Shown here: positions 47,062-60,878 of the stretch, in pieces
How the letters are laid out: every line of letters begins with the position of its first letter
How positions within the stretch are numbered: the stretch's first letter is position 1
From: Chiloscyllium plagiosum
Taxonomy: Eukaryota
NCBI RefSeq assembly: GCF_004010195.1
Contig: NC_057719.1
Coordinates: 49,939,713 to 50,003,712 of the forward strand
Direction: 5' to 3'
DNA: 64,000 nucleotides
Notes under the pieces: model-generated
Databases searched by the model: none
What the model saw: the letters and a program-made list of their open reading frames with translations, nothing else
What the model was told of the DNA's origin: nothing
Translations under genes and position numbers: made by a program

Positions 47062-48399
47062 AAAAAAACTCTAATTTGTTTGACATTTAAAGTACTTCTC
47101 ACAATTACTTTAAAAGATTTTCTGCAGTCTTTCACCTTCTTGTTCCCTTGTAATCCTACTTCAAGAAACAAGTCTGCTGAATCATGGTTTTCAGATCCAT
47201 ATTAAGTGAAATCGATTTTAGTTTGGTTTCATTTCAAAAGTTCTTTACACATCATCAACTGCATCTGACTGATTAAGTACTGGGCTAAATCTGAAAATGA
47301 GTTGCTTGACGGTTTTGTCTACCCCTCAGACAGCCATTCTCCCAGACCTATGGGTTTACAAATGCATATTAAGCATCTTCTCAATTTTTCTGAAGCTCCA
47401 ATTTTCTGGGAACTGTACTCAAGAAGAATTGCTTGAACAGATCAACCAGCATGAATGGACAATGCGATTTCTTGCTATCCTTTGATACATTAAAATAAAT
47501 ATTATAATCTTATTCTCACAAATTAAATCATTTCTGACTTCAGCTATGACCTGGACAATTGTGATGTTCTGTGGCATCATAAAAGTACAACCCACCTCTT
47601 TTGATGTGTTGTCCATTTGAGAGGAACAGAACTCAGTCCAGCCAGCTGTAAAATACAATCTCAGCTCAGGAGCACAGTCATAACTGACTTGACACCATCT
47701 CGGGAAGGTCTGTTTAGACACTGATTTTATTTCACTGCTGGTTATGTCATACCCTAACTGAAGCCCTGAAAACGTCAAATAAATATTCATTCTCAGAAAC
47801 ACATCAATCATACAGAGTGCTCATTTGGCTGACTGCGGGATTTTGGCCCCAAACTGTGGATTAGTTGGGGATGGATACTTTGTTAAAATAATAGATTCTT
47901 GGATCACAACCTTGCCCCAGCACCAAAACATCCACATCCAGGGCTAAAGGAGGTGCATTTGGATGCCTGCGAGTGAGTCTAGTGGGTGTTAGTTGGTAAA
48001 GGCTAGCAATTATTTATTGTTACAATTAATATACTTCAAAGATATTAATGCAGTGTTTTTAAATTGAATTTTACTTCAATGCAAAGGAGGATTGCAGAAT
48101 TGGCTCAGAAGGAAACAAATCAAAGAAAAAGAGCTTCGCAAAACACATTTTGATGAACTACTGTCTTGTCCACCAGAATGTAAGTATAACACAATAATGA
48201 TAAATATCGTAGTGCTGCCACGTAATACCAGGGAGTATGGTGATGGGATCAAGTCTCAGGGCCCAACCCATGCCACATTAAGAAAGGCAAAAGAGAAATC
48301 ACAGATTCATTCTAGATCAGTATTTTAATCTGGAAATTTGGCTATGTAATACAAGTCCTTTTCAGCATTAATCAAAGAGATTAAGGTTTTTAATTAGAG

Positions 48400-51300
48400 T
48401 GTGGGCAGAATCTTATAGGGGCCTGAGCAATGTTGACTGTGGTGAGAAATGTCATACTGAATCTTTTAACTACATTCCAGGCGTTGAGGCAAAATTAGCT
48501 AGGCAGCAGTGGGTTACCTATTAAGGGGATTATTGCTTCTTAATAAATGCACATCTCATTTCATGATTATGCAGATTCCAATCTTACCACCTGCCATGAG
48601 CAAACTAGACACTGAAAATTTGGCACACAAGTTAGAGTGGGTACCTGGGCACTTCAGTTCACCGCTAGCTGTGACCATCCTCCAAGTTGGCCACCACAGT
48701 ATCTCAGAGCACAATTCATGGACACCAGCTACATGCAACACTTGGCCAGGGACATTGACATGTAGGATAATTGAAAACACTCCTGAGATTTCTCACAACA
48801 TCTCTGATTCCCTGGAGGACACTTGGGAAGTATAGATTTGTATTACAGGGTGAATCAGGCTGCTGCAATGACAGTGAGTGTGCACAGACACGCACAACAG
48901 AGATTAGACCAGGCTGTATCTCAAGGCATCTTGCTTGTTCTGCACTTGCTTACATGGTTATTCACAGCATCCCTGCCTTGCTAATTAGTGTAATCACACA
49001 ACCAAGCAGCTGGCCTTGCTGGTCAGCAGTCCTCAGTACAGCAGTGTGTTCCAACATGTGCCATCAACTTATATGGCAAAAAGACTACTGTGCTAGAAGC
49101 AGGGATCTATGTTGAAATGTCTTAGGGGAGTAGTGCTCACTGAAGGTGTCTGTGTGTCAGGGAATCCCAGCACAGTAATTTAAGGCCAGCATCTGCTATT
49201 AGTCTAAGGGATTAGCCATGGTCCGGCATCTAGTCAGAGTGTTCATGGCTAGGAAGTTCTATGCTCAGCAATCCGGGAAGTGGGTAACAGTAAATCCTGT
49301 GATTCCATGCAGCTAATCCAGGGGTTAGTGCTAATGCCATCAAGGAGGTGTACAGCCATCATTTATGGGTCTAGGCACTTCTTGTGCCCATTTAGGTCAC
49401 TCCAGGGACTTGGCCACAGTCAGCCAGTCAGGTTGGTCTATCCAGAGAAAATAAGGAGAAAGGAACGACTTTGTCATTACTGCAGAAAGGGAAAGGCAAC
49501 TCAGGGAACTTGCTCATAGGTATTGGCAACTACAGTCTTGGGGGGGGAGGGGGCAGGGGGACAATTGTGAAAAGGGCAACTGCATTTTTCAGTGCAGTGA
49601 TACGGTAAAAGGACGTGCAAGAATGGGTAGGGTGGGGGGTTGTTTCGTGCATGGTCAGGAGCACTCTGGTTTCAGGGTGGGGGCAATACATGATTACACC
49701 TGACATGGTGACCTCGTGCCAGTGGTTGAGGGGGGATGCATATGGTGGGTAAATGAAGATTCATAAAGATAGGTTACAGGGAGACCTGGGCAGGCAAAAG
49801 GCCTAAAGCCTATGGAGTCTGCGGAAGGGGCTCAGGGTGTTTGAGGCCTCACCAATACATAGAGGTGGAGGCTGAAAACCACTGCATGAAAAGTGCTCAC
49901 TGCTGCCCTCCATTGTGCTGGAAACCAAAACTACACAATAGCAATGAAAATGCTAGTGAGCACAATCAATGTGAGCAGGACAAGTGTTTAAACTTGTGTG
50001 TGAGGGAGGAGGATGTTAGACTCACCAAAGTGAAGCCCTTTTAAAAAAGGGAACCAACATTACACCTGGCCCATGTACAGGACCCAGGTCTGTTGGCTTC
50101 TTAATCCCTGACTATCCTAATGCATTAGCTGCTTACGCATGACATCACTGACCACTTCATTCAATATCACTACTTTCAGATAGAGGTCAGAGAAAGATTT
50201 GGGCATTTAACCAAGAGGAACAATGGTGCCAGCAGAATCCACTGCCCTTCATCTTGCTTCCACATGCTGCAGTAGGCTCTCAGGCATCAATCCATGTTAC
50301 ATCTTGTATGGACATGCTGTTAGGTATCATGCTGGCACTGTTACACTCAGGGCTAGACTCAAACAGATGTCGTACAAAACCATTAACAGTTATGGAACTA
50401 AGATTTTAGCTACATTGCACTGTCAGCCATGTCACTATGTATCCTGAAATGTTTTTTCTTCCTCCACCTCCCAATACTTCCCACACCTTGGTGTGACCCA
50501 GGTTCTGCAGATGCGGTCGAGGTAGCATGCTCAGCTGTGCAGCCTTGGAGGATGGTTGGGGCGCTTGTACATGATCACCACATATGCTGAGGGTCTTCTT
50601 GCCAGAGGTACGTGGACTCTTCTCAGTTTGAAACCCCAAGGGTCTGAGAGGGACAGGTAGGGTAGAAGTGGAAGACCCAGCATTTCTGCGCTGTCCGAAG
50701 AAGAAACTTCTAAGGGTCCTGTGAGTGATTCCACTTCTGATTGGGTGCTTCCTGGCACTGCCCTAACTCCCTGTGAGGAAGGGGCACTGGGGTTCACACC
50801 AGATTCTGTCTTCCTGACATCATGCCTCAAGTCCTGAAGATGTGTGCACACATCCAACAGGCTAGGAGTGCAGGACCTGGCCCTCCAAGGCAACCATCAG
50901 CCTGTTCATGAAGGCAGCCAGATAATCACTCCTTGAGGCAGCTGGGACCCCTTAGCGTGGATGCAGTCCTGCAGCCTCTGAACTTTGAAAGCCATTGACT
51001 ACCACATCCCTGCCAGCTACCTCTGCTGGCCCCTGTGCATATGGACGAAGTCCCTGATTGCTGACACCACATGGGCCTCTCTCCTGCCTGCAGTCCTCAG
51101 AGTGCTTCCACCTTGGGGTATTCCTTCCTTGGCGAGCTGTGAAGCTGTCAAAGAGCTGTTCACCAGTTTGCACTTCCAAACATTTCCACTGAGGTGGCAG
51201 GATCTGAGCTGGTAGGGTTACAGGAGGCAGCATTGCTGCTGTTCCTCAGAGGTCAAGGCAGTGGCTTCTGTTGGAGCAAACTGCTTCTCCATCCCAACCA

Positions 51301-52000
51301 TATCACTGGCATCTGGACAGCACAAGAGAAAGATGGCATTGCAGCCAATGGTTGGAAGTGGCAACAAATGACACTAACAGTGGGTAATGGGAGAGTTGCA
51401 ATGAAAAGCAGAGAGTGATACTTAATCAGTTGGTGGGACTTGGATGTCTCGACATCCCCGCAGGAATGGTCCTGGTTTTCTCCTTTGAGGGACAGAATTC
51501 TCTCCTCAGTGGAAGAGAAGCCTGATGACAGAACCTTCCAGGCTCTTTCCACTGTGTTATGGGCTAGTTTCTCCCATAATGAGAGACAAAGAAGAATTGA
51601 ATAAGATGAAAGGGCAACAGAGCTGGCACAGATGGTTGAAAGGTCGTGAGGTGCCCTAGGTAAGAGAGCATGTAGTATAGAGGCTGTATATGATTAGTGT
51701 TATGGAAGGCTGAGGGGTAACAAGAGTGAGGAAAGACATTGCTTGCAATAGAGAGAGTGGGAGAGCACAAACTTTTTTGGGAAGTGGATGCGGTAGCAGA
51801 GATAGAGTGAGGCACCTAACTTGGTGGAACAGAGGATGTCACTGACCTTCTTGCAGCACTGCTGGCCATTCCTAAGGATCATAGAGATGATAGTGACTTT
51901 AGACCAGGCTACCATAGTCTAATGGTGTGGCCTCCGTAGGCATCAGAGATGTCAGTATTTTATCAACTATCCCAGTGATTTGAGTAGTGCATTCTTCCAG
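48400..52000 (-). mobile_element. Degenerate GC-rich element with a Myb/SANT-like gene relic, probably PIF/Harbinger-derived
   Basis: Minus strand AWSKV...RNGQQCCKKVSDIL (51820-51915) and EKLAHNTVERAW...TEERILSLKG (51480-51573) resemble the Myb/SANT DNA-binding partner protein of Harbinger elements. No transposase motif recognised; boundaries uncertain. Confidence 0.45.
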
Positions 52001-52739
52001 GAATTGTAAAATGGGATTAGAATTGGGAAAGAGGGGTGCTTTGGAGCAGAGTAAGCAGTTAACAAAGTGAGTTGTAGAAGATGCAACAAAAGATTTTGCA
52101 AAGCCTCATAGAAAGAAAGCCTCCTTGAAATTTGACAAAACCGACACTTACTTAAAAAACCCTCAAGACTCAATCCAATAGTTTTGTCGATTTTGATTTT
52201 CCAGATACTGAGAAGTTTGAAGCCTCTCTTATTGAAGCTAAAGGAATTACATCATTTGCATTGGAGATTCTCCAAAACATTTTCTTTCCTTCAATGATGT
52301 AAGGTTTGTGAAAAAATCCCAACGATGGTGTTTTACTAACACCAAATTAAAACATTAAACCACTAAACCAAGTTCACAGAATACAAATGTGAGCCATCTG
52401 TGCTCTAATGCTTTTGTAGTTCCAACAGGATTACAATTAAAATTGGAAGTCAGCAACATTGTGGGAGACACATGCAATCTTAATGTGTGGAAGCTTTTTG
52501 GTGATGAACCTCACCAACAGCCATCAATGCCACAGGTATGAACAGGCAATAAACTTAGCCAAACTGCGGCTCTTCATCATAACCACTACTTTCCTGATCA
52601 ATTGCATTGCTATCAACATTAATAAGTCTTATTAAAACCACAAAAGTGGCAGGGGTATTTTTTATACTTACATTACATTGGTTTAATTTTATTCATGTCC
52701 AAATCATATTTTTGTTGGAAGTAGCTTAGAAAGTAGCTT

Positions 52740-53080
52740 GGGCAGCACGATGGCTGACAGCAGTGGTTAGCACTGCTGCCTCAGTACCAGGGACCTGGGT
52801 TCAATTCCAGCCTTGGGTGACTGTGCAAACTCCATGCAGACATTCTCCTGGTGTCTGCATGGGTTTCTTTGGGTGCTCCTCCCATAGTCCAAAGACATGC
52901 AGGTTACATGGATTGGCCATGCCTCATTGCCCATAGTGTTCAGGGATGTGCAGGCTAGATGGATTCCCCATGGGAAATATAGGGCTGGGTGTGTGTGTGG
53001 ATGGGATGCTGTTTGGAGGCTCGATGTGGACTCAATGGGCCAAATGGCCTGCATCCATACTGGAGGGATTTTATGATTCT
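52740..53080 (+). mobile_element. HE1-type SINE carrying the same internal inversion as the 9049 copy
   Basis: HE1 head and tail; 52822-52842 reads tgtgcaaactccatgcagaca. Confidence 0.9.
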
Positions 53081-53299
53081 AGGCAGACACCTTTATGTAA
53101 TGGTATACTTTATGGTTAACTCACATTGTTTACAGGGGAGTTAGAAACATTTTCTTATTATGGAGTAAAGAAAGTGTTCGTTCTTTCTTGAATGTTTGCA
53201 CTATTCTCCAATACTTGCCATTCTGTGGGATAAAGCAGCGATTGGCCCTGCCTTTTATTTATTGTAATGGTCATTGTCCAAGAGCGTCTACCAGCCAAG

Positions 53300-54230
53300 C
53301 AGAGATCACTATTTAAAAATCAAGGGCTATTGTTTAAAACAGAGGAGGCACCTTTGTTTTTATCTCCCCCCTGAAAAGCTGGTGGAAGCAGGGTATTTTT
53401 AAGGCAGAGGCAGATAGATTCTTGCTAAAAAGGGTGAAAGCTTAGAGATCGTTAATTGGAGGCTACAATTAGATCAGATAGGATTTCAGTGAAAGACAGA
53501 CTCAAAGAGCCTACTTCTGTTTTTAATTCATACGTTTGTCACACCCTGAGATGAACCTACAAGTGGCTCAACTATGATGAACAAACAGAAATGAAGGATA
53601 TGATGAGATTCAAAAAAAGGCATTTAGAACTTGCTAAAAAAAAAGGCAGTAAGCCTGAGGGCTGGGAGCAGTTTAGAATTCAGCAAAGGAGAACCATGAC
53701 GTTGATTAAGATGGGATGAATACAGCAGAGTGTAAATTTGTAAGAAACATAAAACTGGATTGTAAGAGCTTCTGTAAGAATGGAAAAGATTAGTTAAGAG
53801 AAATGTAGGCCTCTTATAGTCTACAGTGGAGAACTGACAATAAATGAAAGGAAAATGATAGTGATTAAACAGCTGCTTTAATACTTTCTTCACAGAAAAA
53901 CACAAATAATTTCCTAAAAATATAGAGAAACAAGGATCTATTGGGAAGAACAAATTGAAGACGATCAGTTTTAGTAGAATAAAAGTTCTGGAGAAATGAA
54001 TGGGACTGAAAGCTAATAAATTCAAAGCGCATATTAATCTACAACCCATGGTACAATGAGGTGGTTTTGGAAATAGTAGACGTATTGTTTGTCTGAAGAT
54101 TATCTGCAAAATTATGCAGATTCTGTAACAGTCCAAGCAGATTTGAAGGTGGCATATGTAAACTAGAATATTTAAAGGAGAGAGAAAGTTCACATTGGAA
54201 CTATTCACCCACAACATAATTGGTCAAGTG
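53300..54230 (+). mobile_element. Decayed CR1 LINE fragments
   Basis: 3'-end remnant near 53370-53520 and a purine-rich endonuclease-RT linker remnant near 53570-54230. Confidence 0.55.
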
Positions 54231-54584
54231 ACAGAAGTGAGTGGGTCTGGAGGTCCCACTCAGGCAACTATTTCCCTCTTTTGCCATCTGCACAGGAAAC
54301 TACTCCCTTGGTAACTCCATACAGAACCCTCAAGAGTGGCGTAGCAGCACCACTACTGGCCAAGTTGGTGGAGTCCTAAAGGACATAGCTGCTAGACTAT
54401 TGGAGGAGCAACAGAAGAGGAAACATACTCGACCTCACCTTCACCGGTCGGCCTGCCGCAGATCTATCTGTCCACGACAGAACATTAAGAGAATGATTGC
54501 TGCACAGTTCTTGTTGAGAAAGTCCCCCCTTCACAGTAAGAATATTTTACACTGTATTAAGTGGCACAAAAAAATTGGACCTTA

Positions 54585-54660
54585 GAGTTTAGATCAGAGT
54601 GGTGCTGGAAAAGCACAGCAGGTCAGGCAGCATCCGAGGAGTAGGAAAATCGACATTTAA
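54585..54660 (-). mobile_element. Penelope pLTR fragment
   Basis: gtggtgctggaaaagcacagcaggtcaggcagcatcc, reverse complement of 12290-12345. Confidence 0.75.
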
Positions 54661-56550
54661 CAGATCTGACAACTCAAGACTGGCATCCATGAGGTGCTGT
54701 GGGTCATCAGCAGCAGCCAAATTGTGCTCCAACACAATCTGGCACCTCATGGCTCAGTATATCCCTCACTCTACCATTACCATCAAACCAAGAGATAAAC
54801 CCTGGTTTAAAACTGATCATGCTCAGAGCCACAACCAGGCAAATCTAAACTAAGAAACTGCACTGTCAACCTGGTGAAGCTACAAAAACAGGACTACATG
54901 TGCATCAGCACCAATGTATAAACAAAGGTAAGTGATTCCACAATCAACAAATCAGATTTAAGCTCTGTAGTTCTGTCCCATTGGGTTATGAATGGTATTG
55001 GACAATTAAAAACTCACCGGAGATGGAAGCTCCACAAACACTTGATTCTCAACAAGTGGGTACACCAGCACAGATAAGGCTGAAGCATTCGTAACAATCT
55101 TCAGCCAGTTGTGACGAGTGGATGATCCATCCTGACCTCCTGCAGTGATCCCCCAAACCACGAATGCTGGTCTTCAGAGAATCCACTTCACACCATATGA
55201 TATCAAGAAATTGTTGGGAGTCCTGAAAACATTCTAGTAAGTGTACTGAAGATTTGTGCTCCAGATGTGCTATGCCCCTAGCCAAGTAATTCCACATAGC
55301 TTCAACCCAACAATGTGTAAAATTGCCTGTCTATCTTCTGTACACAAGCAGCAAGGCAACTCCAACCTGGCTAACTATTACACCATCAGTCTACTCACAC
55401 TCATCAAGGAGCCCTAGCAATACCGGCATTAATTGGAGTCAAGGAGCAAACTTTCCACAGGTTGGAGTCATACCTGGCTCAAAGGAAGATGTTTGTGTTT
55501 GTTGGATGTCAATCATCTCAACTCCAGAAGATTTCTGTAAGAGTTCCTCAGGGTAGAGTTTCTACTCAAACTGTTCGGAGATGTCATACACCTCTGCAGC
55601 TGGTGGTCTTCTAGCCCATAGATGAGGTGCAGTAGTCATGTCCCTATGTTATTCCTCAGGGTGATATCCTCAAACCAACTAATTTCAGGTACTTCAATGG
55701 CCTTCCCTCCATCATAAGGATGAAGTTGGGGATATGTTGATGATTGTGAAATGTTCAATACCATCTGTGAGTCCTCAGATATTGAAACAGTCCATGTCCA
55801 AATACAGAAAGATCTGGACAATATCCACATTTGTGCTGACATGTGGCAAACAGTGCCTCACAAATGCCAGGTAATGACCATTTCCAATGAGATGGTCGAG
55901 CCATTGCCCTTTCACATCTAATGACATTGTCATCACTGCCACCCACTACCAACTTCCTACAGATTACCACTGACCAGAAGCTGACTTGGACGTGTCATAA
56001 AAGTGGCTACAAGAACAGATTGAGGCTAGGAATCATGCATCACATAATTCACCTCCTGACTCTCTAATGTGTCCCCACCATCTATAAAGACAGTCAGGAA
56101 TGTGATGGAATACTCTCTACTGACCTGGATGGGTGCAGCTGCAACAACATTTAAGGAGCTTGATACCATCCAGATCAAAGCAGCCCACTTGATTGGCACC
56201 TTATCCACAAATCCTATTCACTCCTTCTATCATCAAATCTAACAGCAGCAAGTACAACCTACAAAATAAACTGCAGAAATTTAGCAAGGTTTTAGACAAC
56301 ACCTTCTAACCCCACAACCAGTACCATCTGGAAGGCCAAAGGAATACCATCACCTGCAAGTTCCCTCCAAGCCAAATACCACCCTGATTTGGAAATATGT
56401 CGCTGTTCCTTCACTTTCACTGGCTTAAAATCCCGAATCTCCCTCCCAAGTGGCACTGTTGTTGCTCACCACTACTTTCCCAAGCACAACCAGAGATCAG
56501 CAATAAATGCTGGCTCAGTTCATGATGCCCACATCCATGAAGGAATTTGA
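54660..56550 (+). mobile_element. Old CR1/L2-group LINE, same family as 34035-35075
   Basis: YIPHSTITIKPRDKPWF, gagttcctcaggg (VPQG), and 3' tail caataaatgctggc...cccacatccatgaa. Confidence 0.7.
55555..55651 (-). mobile_element. Short SINE nested in a LINE, with an 11-bp TSD
   Basis: ttcctcagggt at 55544-55554 and 55652-55662; related to 32553-32665. Confidence 0.6.
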
Positions 56551-56799
56551 AAAATAATCTGCTTCATGCATCTCATTTTGCCCTATTCATTTCGGAACTG
56601 GATAATCTACATACATCCATGTGCCTCAATCTTTCACATTCTCTGTGAAGCCTACATGTCATTCATTTGTTGAATAGAGTAGATTATATGAAAACACTAA
56701 TGTTTCCTGACAAATTCTTCCTAACCATTTCACAAAACGGTATCATTATTCCACTGTGTGTACAGGATGGTGTGTGGCTATGCTAACTTGTCCTGTTTC

Positions 56800-57570
56800 A
56801 ACAAACATAGAAAGTGCAGCAATAGGCTAAATGACACTGAGCTTGCTCCACCATTCCTGTTTATAATTATGGTTAATCCTCCAACTCAGTGCATGTTCCC
56901 AATTGCTCCCCATACACTTTGATGCCTTTAAAGTCTACCTCTATCTTGAATTTAATCAATGTCTAAGCCTCCACAGTCTTCTGCTGTAGAGAATTCCATA
57001 TGTTCACCACCTTTGGAGCAAGAAGCATTTCCTCATCTCAGTCCTAAACGATGCAGACTCCCCATCAGGGAAAAGATCCTCTCTGCATTTAGTCTGTCTA
57101 TCCTTGTTAGAATTTTGTATGTTTCCATCAGATCCCCTCTCATCCTTCTGAACTCTAGTGAATACAGGCCGAATCAAAACAATCTCTTCTCATAGGACAA
57201 TCCTGTCATCCCTTGTATTAACCCAGTCAACCTCCACCACACTCTGTTCTTTGGTAGGGACAGCAAAACTGCATGCAATACCCCATATGTGGTCTCACCA
57301 AGTATAATTGCAGTAAGACATTTCTAATTCTGAACTCAAGTCCTCTTGTAATGAAGGCCAATATACCATTTGCCTTCCAAATTCCTTGACATACCTGCAC
57401 TTTCATTGATTGGAGGACACTAAGATCCCTATGTGCACCTATGCTTCCTAACATACCATCATTTACATAATACTCTTCCTTTCAGTTTTTCACATCAAAA
57501 GTGTATAATTTCTGATATTGCCATATTGTACTGTATCTGACATATGTTTGCCCATTCATTCACTTTGGTG
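56800..57570 (-). mobile_element. Old CR1 LINE 3' fragment
   Basis: KANGILAFITRGLEF...LVRPHMGYCMQF. Confidence 0.8.
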
Positions 57571-57999
57571 GTAACCAAATTCTAAAGACATATACAAGTA
57601 TAAACAAGAAGTTGCAATGATAATTGTGTAATTGGAACAGCAATGTGGATGGAAAGGACAACCACAGGAAGCAAATATTAATTCTAAAGAAACAGGGATA
57701 CGAATATAGTACTCAGTTTAGGTGACCAGTTCTTTTTACAGAAATACCTGAATGTCACAAGCAGCCTGGACTTCAGTTAGTAAATGTTATTACTATTATG
57801 GAACAGGTGACACTGGTTACCAAGACATTGTGTTAAACAAAGTATAAGCCGATGTTATTGTTGTGTTTCTGTTAATATCTTCCGTTCTTTTATTCATTAC
57901 TTTACTTGATCTAATTATCTATATTTGCTTCAATAACTATCTTTAAGATCTAAATCATAATTCACACTACCCATCTTATTTATTCAACAAGCTATACCC

Positions 58000-58870
58000 A
58001 CACAAGAACATAAACAGGCTATCAGCCTCTCAAGCTGGCTCCCTGTCATTCAACAAAAGCATGACAGATCTGCCCAGCCCTCAACTTCTTTTTCAATAGC
58101 TCAGCACAGCCGTCAACTGCCTGATATTTCAAAGATCTATTCATCTCCTCTTTAAATACTTTCATTGATCTAACCTGCACAAGTCCCTGGGTTGAGAATT
58201 CCAGACACTCACTAACCTCTGGGAGAAAAAATTTGTTCACATCTCAGTTTCAGAAAAAAAGGATACTCATTTAAAACTACGTGTCCTAGTCGGAGATTCC
58301 CCCACTAGCAGAAACATCTTCTCACCATCTATCTTGTCAAGCCGCTTCAGAGTCTTGTCTGTTTTAGTAACAACAATCCTCATTCTAAATTCTTGACAAG
58401 TAAAGGCTGAACCAATTTAGACCTTTTAATAAGTACTTTTCACCATTTCATATGCCTTAATTTGAGTGGATACTCTGCCATCTTTGTGGGTGGTTCATCC
58501 TTCTCATTGAGTTCTTATTTTTGACCAGAATAAATTCTTTGAGCATTATGAAATATCTGCTAATGGTCATTCGCTGACTTTCCCCTTAGCTTATTTACTC
58601 AGCTTGCTTTAGACAACTTTCTTCATGTCTCTCTAATCGTCCTTATTTAAGTTGAAGACACAGACCCAAGTTGCTCTCCCTCAAACTGAATTTGAAATAC
58701 TATTGGAGATTGCTAACTCCTGGAGAATTCTTAATTATGAAACATCTCTTAAATTTACCTTATTACACATGACTAGATCGAGAATGACCTGTTTCTGAGT
58801 AGGTTTTGTGACATATTGTGCTAAAAAATAATTACTGAAGCCCTGTAGAAATTGATCTTCCATATCATCT
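58000..58870 (-). mobile_element. Old CR1 LINE fragments
   Basis: CR1 3'-end remnants (aagaacataaacagg; VFKEEMNRSL). Confidence 0.6.
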
Positions 58871-60099
58871 GTGCCATTGGGTAGCCCAAAGATCATGAAG
58901 CAGATATTCTTGATCCTATTGGCATCAGGTCAATACAAGCAGGAAAGGAAATTAAAGGGTAAATAAACTATGTGCATGGAATAACCATGTAGCTCACATT
59001 GAATTGAGGAATTGCTTTCAGGCTGTTGTCTCTTCACAGGAGCCCTCTTTCCACCAAAGACACTTTTACAAAGAGCATTTGTTCAACTGCTCCACTTGCC
59101 CTTCCTCACTACTGCCACCTGCTGATGGGAGTCCCAAAAAACTGCTCAGTTCCCTTGCTCAAAGTGTTCAACATCACCACCTGCTGCTGGAGTTTCTGTT
59201 ACACTTGAGTGAAGTTCATTTCATGCACCATGGGTTTAAATTAACACCATTTGATCTTATACTTCAATATTTAATATAACTATCAACAAAGTTGTGATGG
59301 TAAAACAAAATTGATGCTAAAAGTGGTAAAATATTGTCCTCTGAAGTAGAATATGACTATTTTACACAGATCAGTAAACCAAGATAACAAAGAATAAGTC
59401 TTGTATTCATGTTCTGCTGAGCTCATTATATCAGTGATTCAATTGGCAGAAACAAAATATACATCTTCATCAGCAAACCTTCATTAGTATTTGTTTCTGA
59501 GTTATCTACTACAAATGCTGACTTCTGCACAGAATATAAATTTTGAGGTGACTACATTCAACTTATCATGTAGCCAAAAAGGACAATGTGAAAAATTGAA
59601 AATAACAGTAGTTTGCTTGCACATTTATAAACTAGATTACAGTCTCAACAACAGATAGCATTGGTTTTTAAAGTACTTTCAAACTGCTGTGTCAGTAGTG
59701 ATATGCTTTTCTAGTAATTTAAAGTGAATAGTGTTTTATGTATTACAATCTATAACTTTAGATCGCACTGAGTGAAGGATTGTTTAGCTTCAATGCGAAA
59801 TCTTTGGCAAGTTTTGAATTCATTTGCAATGCTGCTAAACAAACTGTCTTGTGCAACTGAACACCCATCCACTCACTTCTAGTTTCTATGGATTAATTTG
59901 AATAATAAATTTAGATTGTATACTTCACACCGATGTGAAAAAGTGTCAATTAGTTAATGAGCAGACTCAGTATGTAATTTGTAATATTCAGCCTGTATCC
60001 TATAATGTGAAGAATGACAGGGAGAACAGTTGTGGAGGTGATTTGACTTTGTGTGACAGTGAAACCAAGTGAGAGAAGTCCATTTTGCATCTTTCCCAA

Positions 60100-60384
60100 C
60101 TGAGGTCTTGAGATTTACACATGGAAGAAGTGAAACTATCACTGTATTCTAACAGATAAAAGGCTTAACAGACAATCAATTTTTCAATGTAAAATTTCAG
60201 TTACATCACACTGTAAATTTTTGCGATAAATTCTGTGTTACGATCGAGCCCTCCACTATCACCTGATGAAGGAGCGTCGCTCCGAAAGCTAGTGTGCTTC
60301 CAATTAAACTTGTTGGACTATAACCTGGTGTTGTGTGATTTTTAACTTTGTACACCCAAGTCCAACACCGGCATCTCCAAATCA
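60100..60384 (+). mobile_element. Penelope-like element 3' pLTR fragment, young (CpGs retained)
   Basis: Same family as 14350-14525; ends gtccaacaccggcatctccaaatca. The 5' boundary is uncertain. Confidence 0.75.
60258..60296 (+). ncRNA. Minimal hammerhead ribozyme motif with intact core
   Basis: cac-CTGATGA-aggagc-gtc-gctcc-GAAA-gcta-gtg: stem I cac/gtg, stem II ggagc/gctcc, palindromic stem III (AGCT). Confidence 0.75.
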
Positions 60385-60757
60385 CAACATATAACAGTTT
60401 GTTAAATTGCACACATTTGGCGTATAGCACTTTGAAGAAAAATCACATTGCTAACATTGTCTTTGCTATGCTACAGTGTAGAGTTGCAAGAATTACATTG
60501 TGGGTGGTCACCTTCATCTTCATACAACTGATGACACCAAATTTGGCATTAATTATGTACCAAATCTGACTTCCTTTCTACTGAACTAAATTGACGTGAC
60601 AGTCACAAAGTCATGCAGGATGAATAATTTGGAGCCAATTCAAAATCAGCCATAATTAAAATTTACCAATTATGTTTAGCTACAATCATATCAGAAATGT
60701 AAGGAGGTATGAAATTACATATATTCTTAAAGCAGAATGGTGGTAAGTTATAAGAAT

Positions 60758-60878
60758 ATAAAGCAAAGATGCTGGAAATCTGAAACAAAAACAGAACTTG
60801 CTGGAGAAATTCAGCTGGTCTGGCAACATCCATGGAGAGAAAGCAGAGCTAACGTTTCAGGTTGAATGACCCTACTTT
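60758..60878 (-). mobile_element. Decayed Penelope-like pLTR remnant
   Basis: gatgctggaaatctgaaacaaaaacagaacttgctggagaaattcagc...aacgtttcagg. Confidence 0.6.

Noticed and set aside
53624..54217. 197-aa hydrophobic ORF as a membrane protein
   Set aside because: It is the antisense reading of an A-rich decayed CR1 segment, so the hydrophobicity is a composition artefact.
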